DNA of 64,000 nucleotides from Methylocystis sp. (GTDB lineage: Bacteria; Pseudomonadota; Alphaproteobacteria; Rhizobiales; Beijerinckiaceae): positions 10,081-74,080 of the forward strand of contig DATBRF010000110.1 in the NCBI GenBank assembly GCA_036560425.1, written 5' to 3'. Shown piece after piece: positions 8,927 through 17,907 of the stretch. A program made the position numbers and the translations under genes. Each line of letters opens with the position of its first letter. Within the stretch, counting starts at the first letter, position 1. The notes beneath the pieces are model-generated. The model was not told where the DNA came from and did not search any database. It worked only from the letters and a program-made list of their open reading frames with translations.

Positions 8927-9966
8927 GACACCCTCGCTTTTGTCGCGTTTGTCGCCGCCACGATCCGCGCCCCGATCTTATGAAGCGGCAGCTGAATTTC
9001 AACCGCGTCGATTTCATACGCCGCTCTCGGCATGCCGTAGACTATGCTCGTCGCCTCGTCCTGGCCGATCGTGTTCGCGCCTGCATTTCTCAATTCGAGC
9101 AGGCCCTCCGCCCCGTCGCGCCCCATTCCCGTCAGAATGACGCCAAGCGCGTTCGGCCCGCTGACCTTAGCGACAGATCTGAAAAGAACGTCGATCGAAG
9201 GACGGTGGCCGCTCATGAGATCCCCTTCGACCAATCGGCAGATAAGCCGGCCACGCTTTGCCAGCTGCAGATGAGTCGCCCCGCCCGGCGCGATCAGCAC
9301 TCGGCCCACTTCGAGAGGTTCATTGTCTTTCGCTTCCGCGACAGACGCCTTGCAGGCGCGATCCAACCGGGCAGCAAAGCTCCGGGTGAAGAGGGCGGGC
9401 ATGTGTTGCACGACGACCGTAGGCGGACAATTCGCAGGCAGCGCGGAAAGCACCGTAAAAAGCGCGTCGACGCCGCCCATGGAGGCCCCGATCGCGACAA
9501 TCCGCCCATCGGGCGCATACGACCTGTCGTCGTTTACTCCGTCTGCCGGAACGACCCGCGCGGGCGGACCTTTCGGCTTCGGCGCCGTGGCGACCTGCAC
9601 CACCTTCTGAGCAAGATCGTCGAAGGAATTTCTGTCTTTGATAGACGGCTTCGCAACGCATTCCATCGCGCCCATTTCGAGCGCGTGAATCGTCGTCGCC
9701 GCGCCGCGCTCTGTGAGGCTGGAGACGATGATGACGCGCGTCGGCCGCAATTTCATGAGCCGGTCCAGAAACTCCAGTCCGTTCATTTTCGGCATTTCGA
9801 TGTCGAGCGTTATGACATCGGGATCAAGCTCCTTGATCGCATCTCTCGCGGCGAGCGGATCAGCCGCCTCTCCCACGACCTCGATGCGCGGATCACGTCG
9901 CAGCGTCTCGGCGATCAACGCTCGCATGCTGCGGGAATCATCGACGATGAGCACTCGACAGGTCAT
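8917..9966 (-). CDS. cheB: protein-glutamate methylesterase CheB
   Basis: 349 aa with an N-terminal receiver (VLIVDDS, LDIEMP) and a C-terminal esterase (GASMGG, HRPSIDVLF). ATGA overlap with the cheR stop. Confidence 0.95.
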   Translation of the reverse strand: MTCRVLIVDDSRSMRALIAETLRRDPRIEVVGEAADPLAARDAIKELDPDVITLDIEMPKMNGLEFLDRLMKLRPTRVIIVSSLTERGAATTIHALEMGAMECVAKPSIKDRNSFDDLAQKVVQVATAPKPKGPPARVVPADGVNDDRSYAPDGRIVAIGASMGGVDALFTVLSALPANCPPTVVVQHMPALFTRSFAARLDRACKASVAEAKDNEPLEVGRVLIAPGGATHLQLAKRGRLICRLVEGDLMSGHRPSIDVLFRSVAKVSGPNALGVILTGMGRDGAEGLLELRNAGANTIGQDEATSIVYGMPRAAYEIDAVEIQLPLHKIGARIVAATNATKARVSCP

Positions 9967-10847
9967 GCGTCGTCTCCTCCACGCAGCTTGTACGTCGTGA
10001 CCCCATCAATGACGAGATCCGCTGACGCCGGCCCGCTCACGCGTTCGGAATGCCCGATAAAGAGACGCGCATGTCGCGTCATCATCGGTGTGAACCGCTG
10101 CCAGATCTTCACTTGAGTGGCCTCCTCGAAATAAATCACGACATTCCTGCAGAAAATTGCATCGAAGGGCCCCTTGAAGGGCCAGGAACCGACCAAATTG
10201 AGCTCGCGAAAGGCGACCATCGACGAGAGCTCGTCCGAAACCGCCCACGACCCTTTCGCGACATCTTCAACCGGCGTGAACCACCGCGATTTCATCGACG
10301 TTGGAACCGCGCTCATGGCTTCTTCGTCGTAGACTCCAGCCTTCCCCGCTTCGATCATATTCGGGTCGATGTCGGTGGCGAGTATGCGGACGTCGTAGTC
10401 ACCGGCGTCGGGCATAACGGACAAAACTGTCATGGCCATCGAATAAGGTTCCTGGCCATTCGAACAGGCTGCCGACCACAACCGCAGGCGCGCTCCTTTG
10501 CGCACCGCGCTCACGCGTTGAGAGACCAGTTTTTTCAAGCTTTCGAAGTGATGGGGTTCTCGAAAAAACTTCGTGACGTTCGTGGTCAGCGCCGCAAGCA
10601 TCTTCTGGCGCTCGTCCAAGCCCTCGCGACTTTTCACCAATGCGCAGTAGTCACGAAAACTTTCGAGACCCAGGGCTCTCAAACGTTTTGCCAGGCGCGA
10701 ATAGACAAGCGGCGCCTTGGCTTCTGTTAGAAAGATCCCCGCGTCCTCGTGCAACATCGAGCAAATCTCGCGAAAGTCGCGGTCCGTAAAGGCAAACCCG
10801 CCAGCGCCAGAGAGCTGCTTTTGTCTTTCAGGCGTCGAGGCGCTCAT
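9963..10847 (-). CDS. cheR: chemotaxis methyltransferase CheR
   Basis: The ATG at 10847 has AAGGA 8 nt upstream; the track ORF starts at a TTG at 10880. SAM-binding region LRLWSAACSNGQEPYS and FCRNVVIYF. Confidence 0.93.
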   Translation of the reverse strand: MSASTPERQKQLSGAGGFAFTDRDFREICSMLHEDAGIFLTEAKAPLVYSRLAKRLRALGLESFRDYCALVKSREGLDERQKMLAALTTNVTKFFREPHHFESLKKLVSQRVSAVRKGARLRLWSAACSNGQEPYSMAMTVLSVMPDAGDYDVRILATDIDPNMIEAGKAGVYDEEAMSAVPTSMKSRWFTPVEDVAKGSWAVSDELSSMVAFRELNLVGSWPFKGPFDAIFCRNVVIYFEEATQVKIWQRFTPMMTRHARLFIGHSERVSGPASADLVIDGVTTYKLRGGDDA

Positions 10848-10948
10848 GATACTCGTCCTTCGGGGAACCAAGACCGTCAACTACCACGGGCGCGCGCAAG
10901 CGGCGGGCTACGCCGGTCCTCGCGACGCCTGCGAGATATGCATTTCCG

Positions 10949-13108
10949 TTACTCGGCGGCGATGTTGAGGTTCTCTGCCGCTTCAGTCTCGACGCGAAGA
11001 CTATTTATGATGCCGTCGACGTCGATGATGAGCGCCACTCTTCCGTCTCCGAGGATCGTGCCAGCGGCGATTCCAAAGACACGGCCGTAGTTGGCCTCCA
11101 GGCTCTTGATGACAACCTGGCGCTGCCCCTGGATCTCGTCGACCAGCAAGGCGCACCTTCCGCCGGACTCCGACTCCGCCAGCAATGCGACCTGCGTCGT
11201 CGGATCCGCGAGGCTCGGCCGGCTGTGAAGAACCGCGCCGACATCGATAAGCGGAATGAAGGCGTCGCGGCTGCGGATCAGGCGCGTGCCCGATCCAATG
11301 AGATGGACGCTTTCTTTTTTAGGCTGCATCGTCTCGACGATGGCGGTCAAGGGAATTACGAATGTCTGATCGCTAATGGTGACAACCATTCCATCGAGAA
11401 CGGCCAAAGTAAGCGGGAGGCTCATGGAGAAAGTCGAGCCTTGTCCCGGCCGTGACGAAATGGAGATTCGCCCCCCCAAAGCCTGCACAGCGCGCTTCAC
11501 CACATCCATCCCGACCCCGCGACCCGAAATGGCCGACGCCGTTTCGGTCGTCGAGAATCCCGGCGCGAAAATCAGATTGTCGATCTCATCGTCCGTCAAT
11601 TGCGCATCGCTCGCAATGAGCCTTTTGTTGACGGCGATTTGGCGGACGCGCTGTCGGTCGATGCCGGCGCCGTCGTCCGATACTTCGATGACCACTCGTC
11701 CCGATCTATGCGTCGCAGTCAGTTTCAGCGTGCCCTCTTCGGGCTTGCCCGCAGCTATTCGGCGTTCAGCGGACTCGATGCCGTGATCCACCGCATTGCG
11801 GATCATATGGGTCAAGGGATCGGTCAGCCGCTCGACGACAGTCTTGTCAACCTCGGTCGTCTCACCCTCGGTGACGAGACGCACCGACTTTTTCGTGATC
11901 GCGGCGACCTCCCTGACGACTCGTGACATCCGTTGAAAAATCGGCTTCACCGGTTGTGCGCGGATCGCCATCACGCTGTCCTGGATGTCGCGCGTCAGCT
12001 GCTCGAGCTCGTCCAGCGCCATCATTACCGAGGAAGCGCGAGAAAGCCCCGCCTCCGTCACGCGCTGCGACAGCACCGCCTGGTTGATCACCAGCTCGCC
12101 GACCAGATTGATGAGACGATCAACTCTCTCCAGATCGACGCGGATCGTGGCCTGCGGCTGGCCAGACGGCGCCTCGGCTTTTTTCTGCTCGGACGCGACT
12201 TGCGGCTGCGACGGCGCGGGCTCGGGAGCAAGCGCGAGTTCCGGCGCGGCAGCCAAAAACGCCTCGACTTCATGAACTACGGCCGGCTCCGCCTCAACGG
12301 CAGGCGGCGGGTCGAACGATGCGTCATCCGCTTCGGCGATCGAGAGATCGCAATCGAACTCGACGAATTCGAAGACCGACTGAATGCTCGCTTTCGCGTC
12401 GTCTTTCGTTTCGAGATACGCGGTCCAGGAAAAATAAGCGCCCTCGGGATCGAGGTCGTCTAGAAACGGCGCTTCATCCGTGTTGCATTCGACGCGGAGG
12501 CTCCCCAATGCGCCAAGCTCACGCAACAGGAGCAGAGATTCGTTTCCCTTTGCGTAAAGTGCGGGCCGGGGCTTAAATTTGATAATGTAATGGTAAGTTT
12601 GTTGCTCGATTTCTTCCAGCTCGCCGAAGATCGAGTCGATGGAGATCGATATTGGCTGAAACGCCAGATCGGTGAAGCTCTCTTCGGATGTCCCGAATCC
12701 GTCGCCGTCCCCCTCCCCGCCCGCCTGCTGGCAAAGCGCCTGGAGCTCGGCTTTTGCTGCGGTCACTTCATCTGTGTTGACCGCTGTTCCCTCGCGCGCA
12801 CCGGCGACGAGGTCGGCAAGGATGTCGGAAGACCGCAAGAAACAGGCTGCAACCTGCTGGGTCGCCTCAATCCGGTTCGACCGCAGGAGGTCCAACGTCG
12901 TTTCGAAAACATGCACAAATTCGACGAGATCCTCGAATCCGAACGCGCTGGCGCCGCCCTTTATCGAATGAACGGCGCGAAACACCGCGTTGACCGTTTC
13001 GGGATCGCGATCGCCTTCGTCTATCTTGATGAGCCCGCTTTCCAGTTCCGCGAGCTGCTCGTCGCATTCCTGAAAAAAGGTCTGTTTGATCGCCGCCATC
13101 GGATCCAT
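10949..13108 (-). CDS. cheA: chemotaxis histidine kinase CheA
   Basis: Start chosen at MDPMAAIKQTFF, 15 nt after the cheY stop. The longer track ORF would overlap cheY. Has Hpt HSIKGGASAFG, HATPase motifs (DDGAGID, GRGVGMDVV) and a C-terminal CheW-like domain. Confidence 0.95.
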   Translation of the reverse strand: MDPMAAIKQTFFQECDEQLAELESGLIKIDEGDRDPETVNAVFRAVHSIKGGASAFGFEDLVEFVHVFETTLDLLRSNRIEATQQVAACFLRSSDILADLVAGAREGTAVNTDEVTAAKAELQALCQQAGGEGDGDGFGTSEESFTDLAFQPISISIDSIFGELEEIEQQTYHYIIKFKPRPALYAKGNESLLLLRELGALGSLRVECNTDEAPFLDDLDPEGAYFSWTAYLETKDDAKASIQSVFEFVEFDCDLSIAEADDASFDPPPAVEAEPAVVHEVEAFLAAAPELALAPEPAPSQPQVASEQKKAEAPSGQPQATIRVDLERVDRLINLVGELVINQAVLSQRVTEAGLSRASSVMMALDELEQLTRDIQDSVMAIRAQPVKPIFQRMSRVVREVAAITKKSVRLVTEGETTEVDKTVVERLTDPLTHMIRNAVDHGIESAERRIAAGKPEEGTLKLTATHRSGRVVIEVSDDGAGIDRQRVRQIAVNKRLIASDAQLTDDEIDNLIFAPGFSTTETASAISGRGVGMDVVKRAVQALGGRISISSRPGQGSTFSMSLPLTLAVLDGMVVTISDQTFVIPLTAIVETMQPKKESVHLIGSGTRLIRSRDAFIPLIDVGAVLHSRPSLADPTTQVALLAESESGGRCALLVDEIQGQRQVVIKSLEANYGRVFGIAAGTILGDGRVALIIDVDGIINSLRVETEAAENLNIAAE

Positions 13109-13122
13109 GGGCCGAACTCCTG

Positions 13123-13488
13123 TCAGGCCGTGACGCGACGAATGGCGTCTACGAGTTTGGTGGGATTGAACGGCTTCACAATCCATCCAGTGGCGCCGGC
13201 GCGCCGGGCTCTATCCTTCTTCTGATCGTCGCTCTCTGTGGTGAGGACAAGTATCGGCAAGGCGCGATGCGTTTCGTGGCCCCGAACGCTTTCGATAAAC
13301 CCAAAACCATCCATTCGCGGCATGTTGATGTCGGTGATGATCGCGTCGGGGGAGACATTTTCCAGCACTTCCAACCCGTGGATCCCGTCCTCCGCCTGAA
13401 CGACGTTGAAGCCCGCGTCGGCGAGAGCAATGCGAAGCATTTCACGCATGGTCCGCGAGTCGTCGACAGTCAATATCGTCTTCGTCAT
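13123..13488 (-). CDS. cheY: single-domain response regulator CheY (first copy)
   Basis: 121 aa from MTKTILTVDDSRTM, with ITDINMP and KPF. AGGAA RBS upstream. The upstream part of the 170-aa track ORF overlaps the STAS gene. Confidence 0.9.
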   Translation of the reverse strand: MTKTILTVDDSRTMREMLRIALADAGFNVVQAEDGIHGLEVLENVSPDAIITDINMPRMDGFGFIESVRGHETHRALPILVLTTESDDQKKDRARRAGATGWIVKPFNPTKLVDAIRRVTA

Positions 13489-13499
13489 CTTCGCTGTTC

Positions 13500-13796
13500 C
13501 TATTCGCCGATTTTTCTGGTCGGAACGCCCAGCAATGCAAGCGCTCCGTTGAATGCTTCCGAAGGTTTTGAGAGCGTCAGCGTGACGCCGTCGCGCGCCC
13601 ATGTCTGTTGCGCCGAAACGAGAACCTGGACGCATTGGGCCCCAATTTTCTCGACGGCGGAAGCATCGATTGTCAAAGGACGCCCACGAAGGCCGCCGAA
13701 CTCGGCCACAAGCGGCGCCGCCGCCCGCAGGTCGAGAATTGGCGGAAGATGTAATATGGCGAATGATCCGCTCTGGTCGCTCGAGGTATTGCTCAT
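13500..13796 (-). CDS. STAS-domain protein, CheS/orf2-like chemotaxis accessory protein
   Basis: 98 aa with the STAS-like pattern LDLRAAAPL..LTIDASAVEKIGAQCVQVLVSA. Sits immediately upstream of cheY-cheA, as cheS does in S. meliloti. Confidence 0.6.
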   Translation of the reverse strand: MSNTSSDQSGSFAILHLPPILDLRAAAPLVAEFGGLRGRPLTIDASAVEKIGAQCVQVLVSAQQTWARDGVTLTLSKPSEAFNGALALLGVPTRKIGE

Positions 13797-13811
13797 ATGG
13801 CTATCGCTTTC

Positions 13812-14288
13812 TCAGGCCGCGATGGCGGCTTCGCTCGACTCGGGCAGCAGGTTCTTGATGATGAGAATGCTGATCACTTCGTCTTCGGTCGCGACGATGC
13901 CCTTGATGAATGCTCGAGTGGGATCGGCGCCGACCTCAGGGGCGGGCTGGATCGCCGAGGGCGATAACATGAGAATGTTGGAGACCGCGTCGACCAGCAG
14001 GCCTACCACTGCCCCGCCGTGCTGCAATACAATGATTGCATGTCGAGGCGTCGGCTCGCTAATCGGCAGCCCGAGCCGCGCTGCAAGATCGATGACCGGA
14101 AGCACCGCGCCCCGCAGATTGATCACGCCGCGAATGTAGGAAGGCGCCTGCGGAAGGGGAGTCGCCGGAGACCAGCCTCTGATCTCGCGCACAGCGATGA
14201 TGTCGATGCAGAAGGTCTGTTCGCCGACATGAAAAGCGATATATTCGGAGGGTTGTTGGGCGCTACTTGGTCCACCGGGGTTTTTCAT
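13812..14288 (-). CDS. cheW: chemotaxis coupling protein CheW
   Basis: The ATG at 14288 has GGAGG about 11 nt upstream. CheW fold signature FCIDIIAVREIRGW..IRGVINLRGAVLPVIDL. Confidence 0.9.
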   Translation of the reverse strand: MKNPGGPSSAQQPSEYIAFHVGEQTFCIDIIAVREIRGWSPATPLPQAPSYIRGVINLRGAVLPVIDLAARLGLPISEPTPRHAIIVLQHGGAVVGLLVDAVSNILMLSPSAIQPAPEVGADPTRAFIKGIVATEDEVISILIIKNLLPESSEAAIAA

Positions 14289-14749
14289 AACTCGAATTCC
14301 TCCAACCTTCCATCTCTTCGGATATTCCCTGGCCGGGATCGGGCCGAAAGGCGAACTCTCCACCGGCGGTCGCAAACCCGCCCTTCAGCCTCTCTGCGAA
14401 CATGAGTCGTTGTTCGCGAAGCATGGAGGGCGTGAGGACCCAACCCTCGAACGAAAGCGCCGCGCCACAAGGCGCGAAGAGAGGGCTTGTTCCAGCGCTC
14501 CGACAAACGTTGGGGTTTTCCCTATCGGGACATTCCGGACCAGACCGGCGGGATCGGGGCGGCGTCATGCTCTTTTGGCCCTCCGCTTCGCTTTTGAGGG
14601 CTCCCCTCCCCATTAACTAAAGCAGCCGACTTAAAAAATCCTTATGCGTTCCCAGGCGGGCGCGAATGCCGAAAGCTTCGCGCAAGTTGCGCTTTCTAAT
14701 GAATATAGGCTGTTGTGCAGACCGCCTAACCCGGAACGGATGTTCGTTC

Positions 14750-15283
14750 ATGTTTCCTGTCGCTATGCGAGCCCTGCCGACGATATGTCTGCTGGTTTTG
14801 CCGAGCATCCCCGGCCTCCAAGGCGCGCCGGCGCACGCGGACGAAGAAAAGCCGCTCGGCGTTCGACTCTCCCTGAGGTCGTCCGACGAGCAGGATTATT
14901 GTTCCAGCGTGGCGAAGGCTGCGACGGCCGCCAAAATGGCCGCACAGGAAACGAGGCTACGGGAATTGGAGACGCTGATCAAAGGCCGCGGCGAGGAGCT
15001 AGAGGCCAAGAAACGCGAATTGGAAGCGCTCGTTCAGAGATACGAAGCGCTGCTCAAGCGCGCCGACGAGAATCTCGTCACGGTCTATACGAGAATGAAA
15101 CCTGACGCCGCCGCAGCGCAATTCGACCTGCTCGACGACGACATCGCCGTCTCCCTCCTCAATCGCATGAGCCCAAAGGTTTCCAGCTCGATTCTTTCCG
15201 AGATGAAAGCGACCCGAGGCGCCACCCTCGTCAAGAAGCTCGCCGCGTACAGCTCGGCCAAAACCTCGGGGAAACCGCAATGA
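14750..15283 (+). CDS. motE: MotE-like periplasmic motor chaperone (MgtE_N-like/FlbB family)
   Basis: Signal peptide, coiled coil, then VYTRMKPDAAAAQFDLLDDDIAVSLLNRMSPKVSSSILSEM. Lies upstream of flgH as in Rhizobiaceae. The start is ambiguous (14666, 14750 or 14765). Confidence 0.65.
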   Translation: MFPVAMRALPTICLLVLPSIPGLQGAPAHADEEKPLGVRLSLRSSDEQDYCSSVAKAATAAKMAAQETRLRELETLIKGRGEELEAKKRELEALVQRYEALLKRADENLVTVYTRMKPDAAAAQFDLLDDDIAVSLLNRMSPKVSSSILSEMKATRGATLVKKLAAYSSAKTSGKPQ

Positions 15284-15999
15284 CAAAGAAGCTGACGCTA
15301 GCGCTCGCCTTAACCGTCTGCGGCTGCGCGACCGATCCTCGGGACATTGGCCGGGAGCCGCACATGAGCGCCATTGGCAGCGGATTGACGCAATTCGACG
15401 ACGATATACCAACCGGCGCGTTGAAATTGCCTCCGCCAAGTCGCGGACTGCGGTTCGATGACAACCGCATTAACTTGTTCCGAGACGTTCGAGCCATGAG
15501 CGTCGGGGATCTTGTCACGATCAACATCTTTATGGATGACAAAGCCGTTATGGGCAATTCGACAGATCGGTCGCGCGATGCGAAGGTGACGTCCAAATGG
15601 CAATATTTGTTGGCGCTCGTTCCAGGGTTGCTCAGCGGTTCGCCCGTGAACGGCTCAGGAACTTTTACGAACGAAATCGACTCGAGCACCTCCACCCAAG
15701 GGCAGGGCTCGATAAACAGAAGCGAGCAGATAAGACTCTCGATCGCCGCCACGGTGACGGCGGTGCTGCCGAACGGCAATTTCGTCGTGCAAGGCTCGCA
15801 GGAGTTTCGCGTGAACTACGAGATGCGCGTGCTCACGATCGGCGGAATTGTCCGGCCGCGCGATATCTCCCGTGAAAACACGGTGCCTTATGACAAGATC
15901 GCCGAGGCGCGCATCTCTTACGGCGGCCGCGGACGTTTGATGGAAGTCCAGCAACCTGCTTGGGGACAGCAACTCTACGATCTTGCTTGGCCATTCTAG
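15280..15999 (+). CDS. flgH: flagellar L-ring lipoprotein FlgH
   Basis: 239 aa with lipobox LALTVCG|C and a conserved GDLVTINI..ITATV..LPNGNFVVQGSQE core. Confidence 0.93.
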   Translation: MTKKLTLALALTVCGCATDPRDIGREPHMSAIGSGLTQFDDDIPTGALKLPPPSRGLRFDDNRINLFRDVRAMSVGDLVTINIFMDDKAVMGNSTDRSRDAKVTSKWQYLLALVPGLLSGSPVNGSGTFTNEIDSSTSTQGQGSINRSEQIRLSIAATVTAVLPNGNFVVQGSQEFRVNYEMRVLTIGGIVRPRDISRENTVPYDKIAEARISYGGRGRLMEVQQPAWGQQLYDLAWPF

Positions 16000-16020
16000 C
16001 GAAGGCGCGGGACATAACGC

Positions 16021-16548
16021 ATGAGCAAGCCCAACGAGAAAAAAGGCATGACTACGGTCGCCATCACGCTCGCAGTGACGGTCGTGATCGCTATGGCCGG
16101 CTTTTTTCTCGGGATGAAGCTCGCCCGCCTCCCCGAACCCAGCAATCCTAGCGCGCCACCGCCAGCGGAGGCGCACGAGGCCGATGCGGGCCATGGCTCC
16201 TCCCCGAATCACAGCGCAGAGCAGCCCTCGCATCCGAGCCCGCACAGGCCAGGGAAAACTGTGCTGAAAGCGCTATCTCCGATCGTTACGAATCTTGCAG
16301 GCAGCAATTCGAGCTGGATCCGGTTGGAAGTGGCGATCGTTTACGATCCAGATGCAATCCCGCGCCCAGACGTCCTGATAAGCCAGCTGAACGCCGACAT
16401 CGTCGCATATCTCCGCGGCACATCGCTTAAATCAATCGAAGGGGGCGCCGGATTGCGCCGTCTCAGCGAAGAGCTGTCCGAGCGCGCCTCAGTCCGGTCG
16501 GAGGGAGCCGTGCAAGAGCTCATCATTCAATCCTTGGTGGTGCAATGA
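16021..16548 (+). CDS. fliL: flagellar basal-body-associated protein FliL
   Basis: 175 aa with a single N-terminal TM and a FliL-type C-terminal domain (IVTNLAGSN..IRLEVAIVYD..LSEELSER). Overlaps the fliP start. Confidence 0.8.
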   Translation: MSKPNEKKGMTTVAITLAVTVVIAMAGFFLGMKLARLPEPSNPSAPPPAEAHEADAGHGSSPNHSAEQPSHPSPHRPGKTVLKALSPIVTNLAGSNSSWIRLEVAIVYDPDAIPRPDVLISQLNADIVAYLRGTSLKSIEGGAGLRRLSEELSERASVRSEGAVQELIIQSLVVQ

Positions 16549-17285
16549 AACGCGCGCTGGCCGCACTGTTCCTGGCGCTCGTCCCGACCACTGTCTGGGC
16601 AGCCAATCAAACTTTCGACCTGAACACGCTTGTTCCGGCTGGAAACGCCGCGGCCTCCGGCCGGATCATCCAGCTGATCGCTGCGTTGACTGTGCTGTCG
16701 GTGGCGCCGGGCCTGCTCGTCACCGTGACAAGCTTTACACGCTTCTCCATCGCTCTTTCATTCCTGCGCTCTGGACTGGGCCTCCAAAGCACGCCAGCGA
16801 ATCTCGTCATGATCAGCCTCGCCCTCTTCATGACCTTCTATGTAATGCATCCGACCTTCGAAGAATCGTGGCATGCGGGTCTGAAGCCTCTGCTGGAGAA
16901 TAAGATCTCCGAGCAGGAGGCGATGGATCACATGATCAAGCCGTTTCGCTCCTTCATGGTGGCGAATGTCCGGGACAAGGACATCCGCTTGTTCGAAGAC
17001 TTGACGACTCGCAAAGTGGCCGCCGCCGCACCCGGCGAGCCAGAACTCCATGTGCTTATCCCAGCCTTTATGATTTCCGAACTCAGGAGAGGGTTCGAGA
17101 TCGGCTTCCTTATCGTGCTGCCCTTCCTCGTCATCGACCTGATCATTTCGATCGTGACGATGTCGATGGGCATGATGATGTTGCCGCCGACTACAATTTC
17201 GCTCCCGCTGAAAATATTGTTTTTCGTCCTTATGGATGGATGGCATCTGCTCGTGGGCAGCCTCGTGCGTTCGTATCCCGGCTAG
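16545..17285 (+). CDS. fliP: flagellar export apparatus protein FliP
   Basis: 246 aa with its own signal peptide and conserved TSFTRFSIALSFLR..PAFMISELRRGFEIGFLI motifs. Confidence 0.95.
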   Translation: MKRALAALFLALVPTTVWAANQTFDLNTLVPAGNAAASGRIIQLIAALTVLSVAPGLLVTVTSFTRFSIALSFLRSGLGLQSTPANLVMISLALFMTFYVMHPTFEESWHAGLKPLLENKISEQEAMDHMIKPFRSFMVANVRDKDIRLFEDLTTRKVAAAAPGEPELHVLIPAFMISELRRGFEIGFLIVLPFLVIDLIISIVTMSMGMMMLPPTTISLPLKILFFVLMDGWHLLVGSLVRSYPG

Positions 17286-17298
17286 GACTACCGGTTCG

Positions 17299-17733
17299 TC
17301 AGCGCAACGCGTAGTATTTTGTCCTGAATCGCCGTAGCAAGCGTTCGTCTAACGCAATTTCCCACGGTCTGAACCGGCAACCGACCATATTATTGTTTTG
17401 CCAAACGACGTCGGCTCCTCGACACGTTTGCGCGAGGTCCTCGTACAGCCAGATTTTCTTGGGCATGGCTAAGCGCTGCGCAAGCGAAATTCTGACGCCG
17501 CCTCCCCCACGATTGACAAAGAGAAAGTCGGAAAGGAAGCGCCCCTCGACATCGAGAACCTTGCCGGATTGCAAGCGGACCGCAAGCCTCTTTTCTACCC
17601 GGCGGTCTGACGGCAACGTCCTTACTGTATAAGTCGCGAAGCCTTTCCGCCCGCGCATAAAGAACGCGCGACCGAATTTCCCCTCCTCGACTTTCAAACC
17701 GTCGAGAATGAAAATGTCGTCATTCTTCGTCAT
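17299..17733 (-). CDS. PilZ-like domain protein (putative c-di-GMP receptor)
   Basis: 144 aa from the ATG at 17733. Has RVEKR (RxxxR), then about 24 aa later VNRGGGGVRI (a D/NxSxxG-like motif with Ser replaced by Gly), and a late VVWQNNNMVGCRF strand typical of PilZ barrels. Convergent with fliP. Confidence 0.55.
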   Translation of the reverse strand: MTKNDDIFILDGLKVEEGKFGRAFFMRGRKGFATYTVRTLPSDRRVEKRLAVRLQSGKVLDVEGRFLSDFLFVNRGGGGVRISLAQRLAMPKKIWLYEDLAQTCRGADVVWQNNNMVGCRFRPWEIALDERLLRRFRTKYYALR

Positions 17734-17907
17734 GAGTTCCAACTTTCACAGCGGCTCGCCGGCGGAACCAATTTGTCATCAATTCATATGGGCCGCTAGT
17801 TCTACCAGCTCGATCCAGGAGCGGCGTTCGCAGGCTCGCGTAAGCTACGCGCCTTAAATATCTCAAGACACAGATTCAATCAATGCAGTCTCGGCGGAGC
17901 AAGCGCT

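Noticed and set aside
8980-10116. 378-aa plus-strand ORF. Similar long antisense ORFs lie opposite flgI (28313-29245), cheD (7656-8534), the flagellins (36367-38076), motB (32890-34005), fliK (30958-31713), kefB (60962-62020, 61620-62651) and others.
   Set aside because: All lie opposite or out of frame to genes with strong family signatures. They have Arg/Gly/His-rich low-complexity translations and are GC-driven open frames.
13109-13186. Longer CheA start that overlaps the cheY stop.
   Set aside because: The extra 26 residues are Arg/His-rich and overlap cheY. MDPMAAIKQTFF begins 15 nt after the cheY stop and matches the usual start of the Hpt domain.
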